64,000 nucleotides of DNA from Candidatus Daviesbacteria bacterium (GCA_016176465.1 JACOXD010000011.1:12318-76317), one strand, 5' to 3'; positions 8,907 to 19,278 are shown, numbered from the stretch's first letter. Translations and numbers: made by a program. Notes: generated from the sequence alone by a model not told the origin.

Positions 8907-11762
8907 TTAATTTTTCCTAATTATGTTTTCTCCTAAAATATTTACACTGCCTTTATCTAACTTTTCATAAATTTCCTGTTTTTTATTATTAACTATCTTA
9001 TTATCTGCAATTTCATTATTTGATGCGCTCTCAAGTAAATATAATCCTATTTGATTTAAATCTATTGTATTTCCTAAAATTTTATTCATCTTTGATTTTA
9101 TGTAAATACCGCTATTATTATTGCTTAATGAATTCTTGCTTATAAAATTATTATTAGCTTCCCCATACAGATAAACCCCATATTGTGAATTTTTGCTAAT
9201 TTCATTATTTGTAAGTAAGTTCTCAGAAGAATTCTCATTTAGCCTTATACCTCTTTGGTTATCGTAGACTTTATTATTTTTTATTACGTTACTGCTTGAG
9301 TCATATAAAGCTATACCATCTCTATTCCCATAAACTGTATTACTTTCAACAATATTATTATTAGATTTTTTATCAAGCATTATTCCGTGGAGTTTATTAT
9401 TGTAAGAAAGATTATTCTTAATTGTGTTATTAATACACCTTTTAGAAAAAATTATTCCGTGATTTCCATTGTTGTAAGCTCTATTTCCTTCAACCAAAAA
9501 GTAATTTGAATCATCATGAGGATCAAAACCATACTGAATATTTGAGTAAAAATCATTATTTTTCCAAACCATTCCTGTTGCCCCAAAAGTATAGGCTCCA
9601 AAATAGTTATGATGGAATTTAGAATTTTTTACCTCTCCTGTGAGCAGATATTTTTCCCCATCAGCTACTGAGGCTCTCCAGGATATTCCATAAGTAGGAG
9701 CTAGTCTCTCAGGAGGTGCATGATATCCTAAATAAGAAACTTCAGAATCATAAACATCCATTTGAGAGGAAGCTCTTGCTACTATGAAACTTCTTCCATT
9801 TTTATAATTTAAATCTACATCTTTCAAATTTTGATCCCATGAAGTAATTTTTACTCCATTAATTACTACATTTGCGTTGTGAGCTTTTATCCAGACAAAA
9901 TCATTATCAGTACTTAAAAGCTTAAGCCAGCTAACTTCACCCTTATCCACTATTAATCTCGTACCTGTTCCTAAGTACAAGTTTTTCTTAAGCAACCAAA
10001 CTTTAGGCTCAACCTCTTCTATATATTCATCACCTAAGTGGGCTTTGAGTACTGATAAAGTAAGTATATTTCCTCTGCCCGCAACATTTATAGTTTGCTT
10101 TTTTTCATCAAAACTTACCTGGAGAGTAGGAGGGGTCTTTTGTATGAAATTATAATCTTCACTCAAAGAAAAGCTAAAATTAGGCGAAGGGATACTTAGT
10201 CTAATTCCAGAATCCAGAGTATTCCAATTTGGGAAAAACTGTGCGTTTGCAGTATATAAGTCAGCTAATGCAACATTAAATTTTTCAGCTATTGTTGAAA
10301 GAGTCTCCCCACTTTTTACCTCATAGATTTCTATACTGTTTCCCAAATGGCCTGAAGATGTAGAAGTGCCTAAGACTGAGGGACGGGAGGTAAATTTATC
10401 AGATTTATTTTTAGAATAGGCAAGAGTTGAACCAGAACTATTTAAACAACAAGAATTTTTAAACCCGAAGACTAAACTTGTCATAACAAAAATTACCATA
10501 CAAGTAAGAGCGTATGCAGGTAGTTGTTGCAAAAACCTAAATTGAGGTAATCTTGATTTATCCCATCTTGTTATCCAGCTGTGAGTATTTAAAGTAAAAA
10601 AAGCATATATTTTTAAAGATGCACTTATAAAAGTATATAAAATATAAAAAGGTAAGATTAAAATATCATTTGGCCTTCTTTTTAAATGCGGGTAAATTTT
10701 GAGAGCACGTGAGAGAAACCACCAAACAACAATGAGCCCTGCGGCTAAATAAAGTCCAAAATATAAAGATACTAAAAAGTAAATAGGACTTAAAATTATC
10801 ACAAAAGCCTGAATAAATTTATCAATCTGAAAAAAAGCAAATGCTGGGTGCTTGAATGGCCACCCTTGCAAAAGTGCTTTAATATCTGATCTTAGACTAT
10901 TTCTTGTCCATCTCAACCTTTGCTTTAAATAAGATAACATATCCTTCATTCCAGGGGTATAAATCCTGGCATTACTTTGGTATGCAACTTTCCATCCTGC
11001 TTTCAAAACTAAATTAGTAAGTCTCTTATCATCTCCTGATATAACTTTTCTCCCAAAAAAAGTTTCATTCAAAAGGTCATCACACAAAGTTAAAACTACC
11101 TTTTTTCTATAAAAGCCTGTTCTTCCACAAATGCAGGCTATGGCGTCTCCTGCTGCAGCTAAAAATGGAAGCTCATCAAAACATCTAAGATCAAGTTGGA
11201 TGTCAAAAATCCTCTGGGCTAAAGTGCTTGGAGTAAGTACATTTTGTCTGGGACATACACCTGCTACTTTTGGGTCTGCAAAGGGCGAAAGACCGTTTCT
11301 TATAACATCTTTATCCCATAAAGTATCAGAATCAACCAGAGCAATTATTTCCCCTTTTGCTACTCTTATACCATCTACTAAAGCTGCTCTTTTACCTGGA
11401 GTTTTTGTGATTCTTAACTTTGCTTTTTTAAAACTTCTAGCAAATTCTCTAAATACTTTTATTGCTTTTAAGTCTGTATAATCAATTACAGCAATTATCT
11501 CATTAGGATTATTCTCTCTCCATGATAGTAGGGCAGCGCGAAAAGTAACAGGATGCTCATTATACACAGGAGTAACAATTGAAACAGTTGTTTTAAAATA
11601 ATTGGTTTTAGGAATGTAGTATCTACCTACTCCTTTTTTAAAAACCCAAGTTGTCCAGCGCCAAATACCAATTATTCCTAAAGGTAGATAAAAAGAAATT
11701 AAATTTTTATAGCTTTCTAAACTAGATTTAAGATCAGGAATTGAAACTTGAGAGTAGTCCAT
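8907..11762 (-). CDS. Processive GT2 synthase fused to LysM and AlgG-like beta-helix (C5-epimerase-like) domain
   Basis: VDSD, GDDK, QRLRW, TM helices; LysM YEVKSGETLSTIA; YGFDPHDDS and parallel beta-helix repeats. Confidence 0.85.
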   Translation of the reverse strand: MDYSQVSIPDLKSSLESYKNLISFYLPLGIIGIWRWTTWVFKKGVGRYYIPKTNYFKTTVSIVTPVYNEHPVTFRAALLSWRENNPNEIIAVIDYTDLKAIKVFREFARSFKKAKLRITKTPGKRAALVDGIRVAKGEIIALVDSDTLWDKDVIRNGLSPFADPKVAGVCPRQNVLTPSTLAQRIFDIQLDLRCFDELPFLAAAGDAIACICGRTGFYRKKVVLTLCDDLLNETFFGRKVISGDDKRLTNLVLKAGWKVAYQSNARIYTPGMKDMLSYLKQRLRWTRNSLRSDIKALLQGWPFKHPAFAFFQIDKFIQAFVIILSPIYFLVSLYFGLYLAAGLIVVWWFLSRALKIYPHLKRRPNDILILPFYILYTFISASLKIYAFFTLNTHSWITRWDKSRLPQFRFLQQLPAYALTCMVIFVMTSLVFGFKNSCCLNSSGSTLAYSKNKSDKFTSRPSVLGTSTSSGHLGNSIEIYEVKSGETLSTIAEKFNVALADLYTANAQFFPNWNTLDSGIRLSIPSPNFSFSLSEDYNFIQKTPPTLQVSFDEKKQTINVAGRGNILTLSVLKAHLGDEYIEEVEPKVWLLKKNLYLGTGTRLIVDKGEVSWLKLLSTDNDFVWIKAHNANVVINGVKITSWDQNLKDVDLNYKNGRSFIVARASSQMDVYDSEVSYLGYHAPPERLAPTYGISWRASVADGEKYLLTGEVKNSKFHHNYFGAYTFGATGMVWKNNDFYSNIQYGFDPHDDSNYFLVEGNRAYNNGNHGIIFSKRCINNTIKNNLSYNNKLHGIMLDKKSNNNIVESNTVYGNRDGIALYDSSSNVIKNNKVYDNQRGIRLNENSSENLLTNNEISKNSQYGVYLYGEANNNFISKNSLSNNNSGIYIKSKMNKILGNTIDLNQIGLYLLESASNNEIADNKIVNNKKQEIYEKLDKGSVNILGENIIRKN

Positions 11763-12681
11763 TTTGAGAAAGATTTAAGTTTTCTTCTTTAGGAATTTCA
11801 AGAACTACTTCCTCCTCCTTAGTACTCAGTGATTCGTTAATTTTAACAGTTTCTTTAAGTAAAGGAGTTTTTAAATTTAGGTTGGAGGCCCAAGCTAAAA
11901 AAGCCTGAATATCTTTTGGCAAACAAGCTCCATCAAAAGCTCCTAAATCCTTGATTCCATAGTTTGGATTCCACATCCCTTCTGCACTCTTTGCAACTAA
12001 AGGAAAGATGTTTTCAGGATTTAAGCCAAGTTGCTTGCAGATAATTCTCATCTCATTAAAAAAAGTGATTTTTGTGGCATTAAAGATATTGTGGACATAT
12101 TTTTGAATTTCAGCTTCCACTATAGGTATTCTATAAATAGGACAATCGAAGTCTTTATAAATTTCCCTTAGAGTCTCGCCTGATTTTATGTCAAACTCTC
12201 CAATAACTATAACCCAAGGCTTCAGCGTGTCATCTAAAGATGTTTTCTGTCTTAAATATTCAGGGTTCATGCATAAACCTAAGTCCTTTCCAAATTTTTT
12301 GCCTGAATGTTCTTCAATTGTTTTTAAGACAAGACTTTCAGTTGTACCTGGGATAACAGTGCTTCTTACAACTACTAAATGATACTTGGATATTTTTGAT
12401 AACCATTTCCCTAAATCTTTACAGACTGACTTCATTATCCTTAAATCGCTTTTTCCATCTACTGTAGGCGTTGGTACACAAAAAAAAGTTGCATCAAAAT
12501 CGTACTTTTCTGAGGATAATTTATTTACTATTAAAGCTTTATATCCTTCTTTTTTTAAGGTGGAAATAATAGTTGGATTAATATCTGTAAAAACCACACT
12601 TAATCCTTTAGATTGAAGAGCTTTTCCTGTCGCCTGTCCTACTACACCTGAACCTATAATGCAAATCTTAGTATTTTTCAT
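11734..12681 (-). CDS. UDP-glucose/GDP-mannose dehydrogenase family (short form)
   Basis: GSGVVG, CVPTP, RSTVIPG, NPEYL, GACLPKD. Confidence 0.9.
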   Translation of the reverse strand: MKNTKICIIGSGVVGQATGKALQSKGLSVVFTDINPTIISTLKKEGYKALIVNKLSSEKYDFDATFFCVPTPTVDGKSDLRIMKSVCKDLGKWLSKISKYHLVVVRSTVIPGTTESLVLKTIEEHSGKKFGKDLGLCMNPEYLRQKTSLDDTLKPWVIVIGEFDIKSGETLREIYKDFDCPIYRIPIVEAEIQKYVHNIFNATKITFFNEMRIICKQLGLNPENIFPLVAKSAEGMWNPNYGIKDLGAFDGACLPKDIQAFLAWASNLNLKTPLLKETVKINESLSTKEEEVVLEIPKEENLNLSQNGLLSSFNS

Positions 12682-12857
12682 TCTTTATAAATTAAGACTG
12701 GTAAAAAATCCCTATAAACATTCTTATAATGGCTCCTACTAAATGTCAATAGTCCTTTTAAGTATTTATATAAATTCAAAAGTTTTTACCTCTCAAAGAA
12801 AAGCTAATTGACATAGTAGTTTAAATTAAGTTATTTTAGATTTAAGGGATTCCTTTT

Positions 12858-14675
12858 ATGGGATTTATAAGAAAGAATATAATTTATCCTTCTCTCTTAA
12901 GTTTAATAATTATTTTTTTTGCAGTTCAATCTAAAGAAGTGAGAGCAGCAGACTGTGCCTTAAGTAATATCCGCTTTGCAAGCTCTTCAAATACAATTTA
13001 TCTGTCTGGTCCCATAACTTGCAGCCTTTCTCAACTTAAAGCTTTAAAATCCTCTCTACCTTTATATTTAGTAGATGCCAGTAGTAAAACATGGTTGCTT
13101 AAAGCTAATTTAAAACTTGAAGATGGGGCAACTTTAAACCTTTATGGAACAAGTATAGGAGGCGACGTTAATTATTTGCGTTTAAAAAGTAACAATAGTT
13201 CAAGTGCTAACTCCATAGTATGGATTAGAGCTGATTGGGGCAATATAAATATTAAAAATACTAAAATCACCTCTTGGGATGAAGCTAAAAAGTCTCCAGA
13301 TACTGAGTACGGTAAATATAAACGCTCATTTATTCATGTTAGATCATTTCTTGCATCTGATGGTATTACCCCTAAAGAGTCTCGAATGGATATTATTGAC
13401 AGTGAGGTTGGATATTTAGGCTACTACGCGGCTGAATCATATGGTCTTGCATGGAAAGTTTCGGGAAGTGGACCTAATTTATATGACAAGGTTAATGTTT
13501 ATGGGGATGTTATAAATTCTCACATTCACCATAATTACTTTGGTATGTACACATTTGGTGCAGATGCAATGAAGATACAAAATAATGAAGTAGACACTAA
13601 TGTAATGTACGGAATAGACCCTCACGATGATTCTGATAATTTATTAATTGAAGGAAACAGAACTCACCACAATGGTACTCATGGAATAATTTGTTCACAA
13701 AGGTGTAACAATTTAACGATCAGAAACAATAAATCCTACGAAAATAAGGGTACAGGTATAATGCTTCATCGCAACACTAATGATTCTTTGGTAGAAAACA
13801 ATGATCTTTTTGGTAATTCAGATAGTGGTATTGCTATTTTTGATAGTCACGAAAACATAATCCGAGGAAATATTTCCCATGATAATAAAAATGGAATTAG
13901 ATTTAGTGTAGGCAGTTCTGGAAATACAACTGAACTAAATGAGTTTAGCGAAAATGACGGTTATGGCTTATATTTTTATAAAGGGAGCGATGCCCCGACA
14001 AGTGGAACTGGAAGAATAACTGGCAACAAGTTTATAAAAAATAAAGTTATAGATAATGGGGACTACGCTGTTAAATTAAAAGAAGCAGACTTGAATATTT
14101 TTGAGCAAAATGAATTTAAGGGCAATTCAAGAGAGATTAACATTTCAGACAGCAATCAAAATATATTTTTAGGCAATTTATCAGACAGTTTTTACAATGC
14201 TAGCCTTAAAGCTAAAAATACTATTAAAGATACGGATTCAGCTTTAGTAAAAGTCTCAGATTCAGCAAGCAGCATGGAAGTTTTAAGCAGTAGCAATTTT
14301 ATTTTTCAAAATGACAAAAGTCTTCCTACTAGCGCTGAAAATTCTAAAACTTACATAAATTTAACTCGTGCGCTAACCTCTTCAACAGTTAACTTCAAAA
14401 GACTTAATTTTAAAGTAAAGCCCGCTGCCGATAAAGTTGACGTAACAGTATTAACTTGGGAAACATCAAATTCTTTTGGTAAAAAATGGAAGGAAAAAGC
14501 AACTTCTTCTGTTACAGTAGATTATGAAGTTTCAGATTTAAAACCTGATACTAAGGTAGATGTTTTAATAAATGGGAATGTTTTTAACTCCTTTACTTCT
14601 GATTCATCAGGAAAAATTAACTTCACATATGATGGTAATGTACTGGAGCGAACTTTTGAAGTAAAGGAATCTTAA
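12858..14675 (+). CDS. Secreted parallel beta-helix protein, AlgG-like epimerase/lyase fold
   Basis: Signal peptide; YGIDPHDDS; homologous to the C-terminus of 8907..11762. Confidence 0.8.
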   Translation: MGFIRKNIIYPSLLSLIIIFFAVQSKEVRAADCALSNIRFASSSNTIYLSGPITCSLSQLKALKSSLPLYLVDASSKTWLLKANLKLEDGATLNLYGTSIGGDVNYLRLKSNNSSSANSIVWIRADWGNINIKNTKITSWDEAKKSPDTEYGKYKRSFIHVRSFLASDGITPKESRMDIIDSEVGYLGYYAAESYGLAWKVSGSGPNLYDKVNVYGDVINSHIHHNYFGMYTFGADAMKIQNNEVDTNVMYGIDPHDDSDNLLIEGNRTHHNGTHGIICSQRCNNLTIRNNKSYENKGTGIMLHRNTNDSLVENNDLFGNSDSGIAIFDSHENIIRGNISHDNKNGIRFSVGSSGNTTELNEFSENDGYGLYFYKGSDAPTSGTGRITGNKFIKNKVIDNGDYAVKLKEADLNIFEQNEFKGNSREINISDSNQNIFLGNLSDSFYNASLKAKNTIKDTDSALVKVSDSASSMEVLSSSNFIFQNDKSLPTSAENSKTYINLTRALTSSTVNFKRLNFKVKPAADKVDVTVLTWETSNSFGKKWKEKATSSVTVDYEVSDLKPDTKVDVLINGNVFNSFTSDSSGKINFTYDGNVLERTFEVKES

Positions 14676-15700
14676 AGTGAAACTTTAAAAAACTCCAGCG
14701 TTCTTTGTAAAAAAAGATCATGGTTATTAGATAAACCATGATCATCTCCAGGATACCTAAAAAATTCTACTTGTTTCCCCTTTTCCTGTAGTATTTTTAA
14801 AAGCTTTTCTGAAAACTCAATAGGTACTACCTGATCTTTCTCTCCATGGTGAATTTGGATGGGAGCAGTCACAAAATCTACATAATTAATAGCTGATACC
14901 TTATCCCAAAACAGTGGGTTTTCTTTAGGAGTACCAAATTCTTGGGGTAATCTTTGCCTACCAGAATCGCTAGCCCAGATGGGTTTAGTAAACCTCTCTG
15001 GCCAGGAGTAATATAAGTCATAAGCAGATGCTACTACTCCTGCAAATAACACTGCTGCTTTAATATCGCTAGATATAACTAGGGATCGCAGTGTTATTTG
15101 TCCACCCATTGAATGGCCCCACATACCTATTTTTTCTGGGTTGATCAGCGTTAAGGGTGAAGATTGGGTCTTTAACGCTAATTTCTTAATTGAGGCTACC
15201 AAGTTTAAAACATCGTATGTATAGTAAGGTGAATAATGGCCACTTTCATCTCTACCTTCACTATTATCATGACCCCTATAATCTGGCTTTATAACAACAA
15301 ATCCATTTTGTGCATAAAATTTAGCATCATCTTTGTAAGAATTTATTGTTGAATAAGATCTTGGACTGATAAATCCATGGTTTAAAATTATAATAGGAAA
15401 ACCTCCTTCCGGAACCTCTCTCGTGGGAACATTCATTAAAGCAAATAGCCTTAAGTTCTCTGAAGGATAAGCTATTATATAGCTTTTAAACCCATCATAA
15501 TCCCCTACTTTTTCTACTAAATCTATCGCTCCTCCCTCGTAATGCTTTTTTCTCATCTCTTCAATCATTAAAGGGTGAGAGTTAACAGGAAGATTAGAAG
15601 ATGAAGACTTTGAAGTATATAGGCTTTTGCCTATAATTAGGGCGACTAAAATAAATATAACTACTGCTCCCAAAATTAAAATTCCAGACAAGACTTTCAT
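14672..15700 (-). CDS. Alpha/beta hydrolase, S9 peptidase-like
   Basis: GHSMGG nucleophile, HGEKDQVV, DDH; N-terminal anchor. Confidence 0.88.
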   Translation of the reverse strand: MKVLSGILILGAVVIFILVALIIGKSLYTSKSSSSNLPVNSHPLMIEEMRKKHYEGGAIDLVEKVGDYDGFKSYIIAYPSENLRLFALMNVPTREVPEGGFPIIILNHGFISPRSYSTINSYKDDAKFYAQNGFVVIKPDYRGHDNSEGRDESGHYSPYYTYDVLNLVASIKKLALKTQSSPLTLINPEKIGMWGHSMGGQITLRSLVISSDIKAAVLFAGVVASAYDLYYSWPERFTKPIWASDSGRQRLPQEFGTPKENPLFWDKVSAINYVDFVTAPIQIHHGEKDQVVPIEFSEKLLKILQEKGKQVEFFRYPGDDHGLSNNHDLFLQRTLEFFKVSL

Positions 15701-15745
15701 TAAAAAGGGATGTTAGGCTAAAGTGGGAGTAGTTGCAAGCTTACT

Positions 15746-16120
15746 TTAGAGTTCTTGAAGATCTTTATCAACTTCGGTAAACTCTTTATCTACATCTTCG
15801 ATCTCCATGGAAGTTAGCTCATTGATCGTGTCATCACCGTTGCTTTCTGTTTGATTTGTTTGGGAGGGCTTTAAAGTGCCAATATTGGCCATGCTATTAA
15901 TATAAAAATAAGCTCCTCCAGCAATAATCAGTATTAGGGCTAAAAATGCCCCGATAAAAATTAATAGTTTAGTATTTTTGGAGGAACCTCCCCCACTTGC
16001 AATTACTGTTGCTTCAGCGCTGGAGGGACTTTGGGTGGCGGGAGCAACTGGAGTTGGTGGAACTTCTACTTCAGTGGAGGGCTTAACTGGTTGTGGTGGC
16101 GGATTTGTTGATTGCTCCAT
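15746..16120 (-). CDS. Hypothetical single-TM protein
   Basis: Pro-rich N-terminus, TM, acidic tail. Confidence 0.7.
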   Translation of the reverse strand: MEQSTNPPPQPVKPSTEVEVPPTPVAPATQSPSSAEATVIASGGGSSKNTKLLIFIGAFLALILIIAGGAYFYINSMANIGTLKPSQTNQTESNGDDTINELTSMEIEDVDKEFTEVDKDLQEL

Positions 16121-16123
16121 TTT

Positions 16124-16750
16124 TTATTTTTCTGCAGCTATCTTTAACCCCAATCTAATCGCATCTATAATAGCTCTTCTCGCTGCTGTTATTTTTTCTC
16201 TAACTTCCTTTAAATCAGCGCGCAAAGTATTTTTAGCATCAAGCGCATCTTTATTTACAGCACTTTCTGAGGAAACAGTAATAGTATATTCCTCTGCTGC
16301 TTGGCTGGCAACAGCTACTCTAGCATCTGCTATTAAAGTTTCGGCGCTGTCAAAGGATTGTTTTACTTCAAAGTTAGATGTAAGGAGAGGGGCAATTCTT
16401 GGTTTTGCTTCAAACCTTTTAAGCAAGTTTTCCATTGTGGTTAGGTGGCGAGTATAAGCTTTAGTGAGTTTTTGGTTTATCATATTTAGGTTTCTGTTGA
16501 TATTTTCTACTCTTTTGGCCTTGACTTGATCTTTAAAAGTTTTCAATTTGGCTAATAATTTGGCTTCTCTAGAGGCTATATTTTCAATTTTGGTGTTTAG
16601 TTTCTCCTTAAGGTTTTCCTTTTGCTCTATTAATCTATCTATAGCTCTAATCTTATCTCCACTAGGAGTTGAATCTTTTGCATAAACTGGGTACAAAGGG
16701 GTTAAATAAAGAATGGTTGCAGCGGTTAACAGGGCAAGCTTAAATTTCAT
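16124..16750 (-). CDS. Secreted coiled-coil hypothetical protein
   Basis: Signal peptide (PVYA), helical K/E-rich sequence. Confidence 0.75.
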   Translation of the reverse strand: MKFKLALLTAATILYLTPLYPVYAKDSTPSGDKIRAIDRLIEQKENLKEKLNTKIENIASREAKLLAKLKTFKDQVKAKRVENINRNLNMINQKLTKAYTRHLTTMENLLKRFEAKPRIAPLLTSNFEVKQSFDSAETLIADARVAVASQAAEEYTITVSSESAVNKDALDAKNTLRADLKEVREKITAARRAIIDAIRLGLKIAAEK

Positions 16751-16788
16751 TACTAAGTTACTACTTTAAAGAAAAAGATGTAGTTTTG

Positions 16789-17121
16789 TCAACTTTTGCT
16801 TGTAGATAGGATCTCTCTTTTAAAACAGTAAGCACCTATCCAACCACATTCGAAGGCAATTCTACCTACTTCCCTATCAGGGTTACTAAGTAAAAAAAAT
16901 CTGGCTCCTTCTATTCCAGCTTCTGCAGTTATTATTTCATCAGGAGAATATCTATTAGTGTAAAGTCGAGTAGTTAGATCTATCAGTAAGTCTACATGCC
17001 CTTTAATAACGGGATTCTCTAAAAAGGGTGCAGCAAATTCCAATACTTCCTCAGCAAACCAGCCTGCTCTTTCCTGAGCAGGTACTCCCTCCCATTCTTT
17101 ACTGGTATAACCATGAGGCAT
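16789..17121 (-). CDS. Hypothetical protein
   Basis: 110-aa ORF with a -10-like box just upstream. Confidence 0.55.
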   Translation of the reverse strand: MPHGYTSKEWEGVPAQERAGWFAEEVLEFAAPFLENPVIKGHVDLLIDLTTRLYTNRYSPDEIITAEAGIEGARFFLLSNPDREVGRIAFECGWIGAYCFKREILSTSKS

Positions 17122-17165
17122 AGGCGAAAATATAACACATTTTTGGTAAAATAGGTAGGTGCACT

Positions 17166-17239
17166 GCCCCCATAGCTCAGTGGATTAGAGCAGGGCGGTT
17201 CTAACGCCAAGGTCGGGGGTTCGAATCCCTCTGGGGGTG
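17166..17239 (+). tRNA. tRNA-Arg(TCT)
   Basis: GCCCCCA/TGGGGGT acceptor, GGTTCGAATCC T-arm, loop GTTCTAA. Confidence 0.9.
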
Positions 17240-17296
17240 CTACAAAAAAATTAGTTGGGAAAACTATTACTGTTTGGTTTAGATATGCCTTCACTT

Positions 17297-17327
17297 TAGC
17301 TTTCAACCCCCGGGGTTTCCACATAAA
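17297..17327 (-). repeat. 31-bp repeat with AACCCC-N-GGGGTT core, copy 1
   Basis: Reverse complement of 23384-23414 with one central mismatch. Confidence 0.85.
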
Positions 17328-17863
17328 TGGGGTTGTGCAGCACATTGAAGCAACCTAGCATCAAAACTATTAATTCCTGATTCTACAAAATTAATACTAC
17401 CTTCTTGTTTCGGTACTCTATTATCATAAATATCTTCTGGCAAACTAATTACTTTTTTAGCAACTAATTTACCCTTATCATTTAACCCAAATATATAAAT
17501 TGTTTGTGGATGGAATGGTCTATCTGAAGTGTCCTCTCTAGCTCTTACTAAATCTCTCTTTCTTGCTCTATCAGTAACCGGTCCTCTTACTTCTAAACTC
17601 AGAATTGGGCTAAGTCCTAACTTTTCATATGCATAAAAAGACCTAGTTGGTTCTCCCAGGAAAGTTAACTTAGGATAATGTTGAAACGCAAGTGATCTTC
17701 TCCCCAAAAATACAGCTTGTTTAGCAAAACCCAGCAGTTCTTCTGGATCATATTCACGTTTATGGTATAAACTGTGCCAAAGGGCTCCAAAAAAGTAAGT
17801 AGCTCTGTTTACTAAAAATGGACGACCTTGGTTAGGTATCTCAATAGCTTGTTCAGTCCTCAT
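17303..17863 (-). CDS. Hypothetical protein
   Basis: Long ORF; TATAAT shortly before the MRTEQ start. Confidence 0.6.
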   Translation of the reverse strand: MRTEQAIEIPNQGRPFLVNRATYFFGALWHSLYHKREYDPEELLGFAKQAVFLGRRSLAFQHYPKLTFLGEPTRSFYAYEKLGLSPILSLEVRGPVTDRARKRDLVRAREDTSDRPFHPQTIYIFGLNDKGKLVAKKVISLPEDIYDNRVPKQEGSINFVESGINSFDARLLQCAAQPHLCGNPGG

Positions 17864-17907
17864 AAAATTATTATAGCTCAATAGACTATAGTTGTGCAAC
17901 TATAGGG

Positions 17908-19278
17908 TTAGAGCTTAAATCTTCTGTCTGCTAAAAAAGGATTTGCTTTCCTATAAACTTTAACTGAGTTAAGTAAAACCCCTCTTTGCAAAGTAAACTC
18001 TCCAAACTTATCATTAATTTTATCTAAAGCTTTAGTTATAACTTCTTTTACTTTTACTTCTGGAAGAAGATTTAAGTTTTCAGGAGTTGTTGGTTTTAAA
18101 TTAGAAATAGAAATACCTATCATTCTTATAGCTTTCTCATCCCAAAGGCTCATGAATATCCCCCACCCTGTTTTAAATATTTCCAAACCGTCACTAGTAA
18201 AAGAAACTGTGCTTTGCGCTCCATCTCCTAAGAATCCAATCCCGGTTTGGAATTGAGGCGACAAACCGGGATTGTAGGTTTGTTTAAATGCATATCTAAA
18301 CCAAAGGGAAACAGTTTTACCTACTAGTTTTTTGGCTCGCATTCTTCTTGCAACTAATTCTGAAAGCTTAAGCAAGATTTGTTTAATTTCTTCATAAGAG
18401 TCTGCGTCATGATCTATTGTGTGTCTATGACCAATTGATTTTACTTCTTCTTTCTCATAAAAAGGGCTGACAGGAGAATCATCCAATCCCCTGCTCATGT
18501 TATATAAAGTTTGTCCATAACTTTTAAAAGAGGCTAATAAATACTCCAAGTTTACTCTTCTTAAATCAGAAAAATTAAAAATCCCCATATTATTTAACCT
18601 CCTTTTAATCCTAAACCCTATCCCACAAACCTCATTTAGCTCAATTTGGTCTAAAATTCTCATTGCTGCCTGCTCATCTGCTATTACCAGCAACCCATCG
18701 GGTTTGTATAAAGACCCAGCTAATTTAGCTAAAAATTTGTTATAAGAAATCCCAATAGAACATGTAATCCACTCCCCAATCTTAGCTCTTATTTGGGATT
18801 TAATATCTATAGCCATTTCAATAACGTCATTCCCGACCCGCTTCGCCGGAGCGAGAGCGAGGCGAGCCTGATCGGGAATCTGAATAGATCTCCCAATCGA
18901 GTTGGAAGATGACATTTTTAATTTGGGTGATGACTTCTTGGGCTGAGGCAGTTCTATAAATGCCTCATCGATAGAGAAAAGCTCTATATAGGGGGAATAG
19001 CTTTTTAGAATATTTAAAAATTTTTTAGTAGTAGATAAGTATTTATCAGAATCCCCTTTTACTAAAATTAATTGTGGACAAAGTTTTCTAGCTTCATATA
19101 AATTCATCCCAGTTTTTACCCCAAACTTTTTAGCCTCCACTGATGCAGCACCAACTACAGTCCTCTTCATTCTATCTCCACCAGTTACCCCAATAGGTTT
19201 ACCTCTAAGTCTTGGGTTAGCTTGCTGTTCAACCCTGGCAAAGTAGCTATTAAAATCTATATGTAATATTGTTCTCAT
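17908..19278 (-). CDS. dinB: DNA polymerase IV (Y family) with in-frame palindrome insertions
   Basis: HIDFNSYFA, SIDEAF, SIGISYNKFLAKLA, KPDG. Confidence 0.92.
   Translation of the reverse strand: MRTILHIDFNSYFARVEQQANPRLRGKPIGVTGGDRMKRTVVGAASVEAKKFGVKTGMNLYEARKLCPQLILVKGDSDKYLSTTKKFLNILKSYSPYIELFSIDEAFIELPQPKKSSPKLKMSSSNSIGRSIQIPDQARLALAPAKRVGNDVIEMAIDIKSQIRAKIGEWITCSIGISYNKFLAKLAGSLYKPDGLLVIADEQAAMRILDQIELNEVCGIGFRIKRRLNNMGIFNFSDLRRVNLEYLLASFKSYGQTLYNMSRGLDDSPVSPFYEKEEVKSIGHRHTIDHDADSYEEIKQILLKLSELVARRMRAKKLVGKTVSLWFRYAFKQTYNPGLSPQFQTGIGFLGDGAQSTVSFTSDGLEIFKTGWGIFMSLWDEKAIRMIGISISNLKPTTPENLNLLPEVKVKEVITKALDKINDKFGEFTLQRGVLLNSVKVYRKANPFLADRRFKL
18237..18274. repeat. 38-bp REP doublet inside dinB
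   Basis: CAATCCCGGTTTG-N12-CAAACCGGGATTG. Confidence 0.9.
18825..18913. repeat. Nested CGTC-tagged REP doublet inside dinB
   Basis: CGTCATTCCCGA...TCGGGAATC...GATCTCCCAATCGAGTTGGAAGATGAC with inner GC-rich hairpin. Confidence 0.8.

Noticed and set aside
17019-17345. 108-aa ORF
   Set aside because: Antisense shadow of tRNA-Arg.
17886-17905. CTATAGTTG-TG-CAACTATAG palindrome
   Set aside because: Single copy right after the dinB stop; cannot be distinguished from a terminator-like hairpin.
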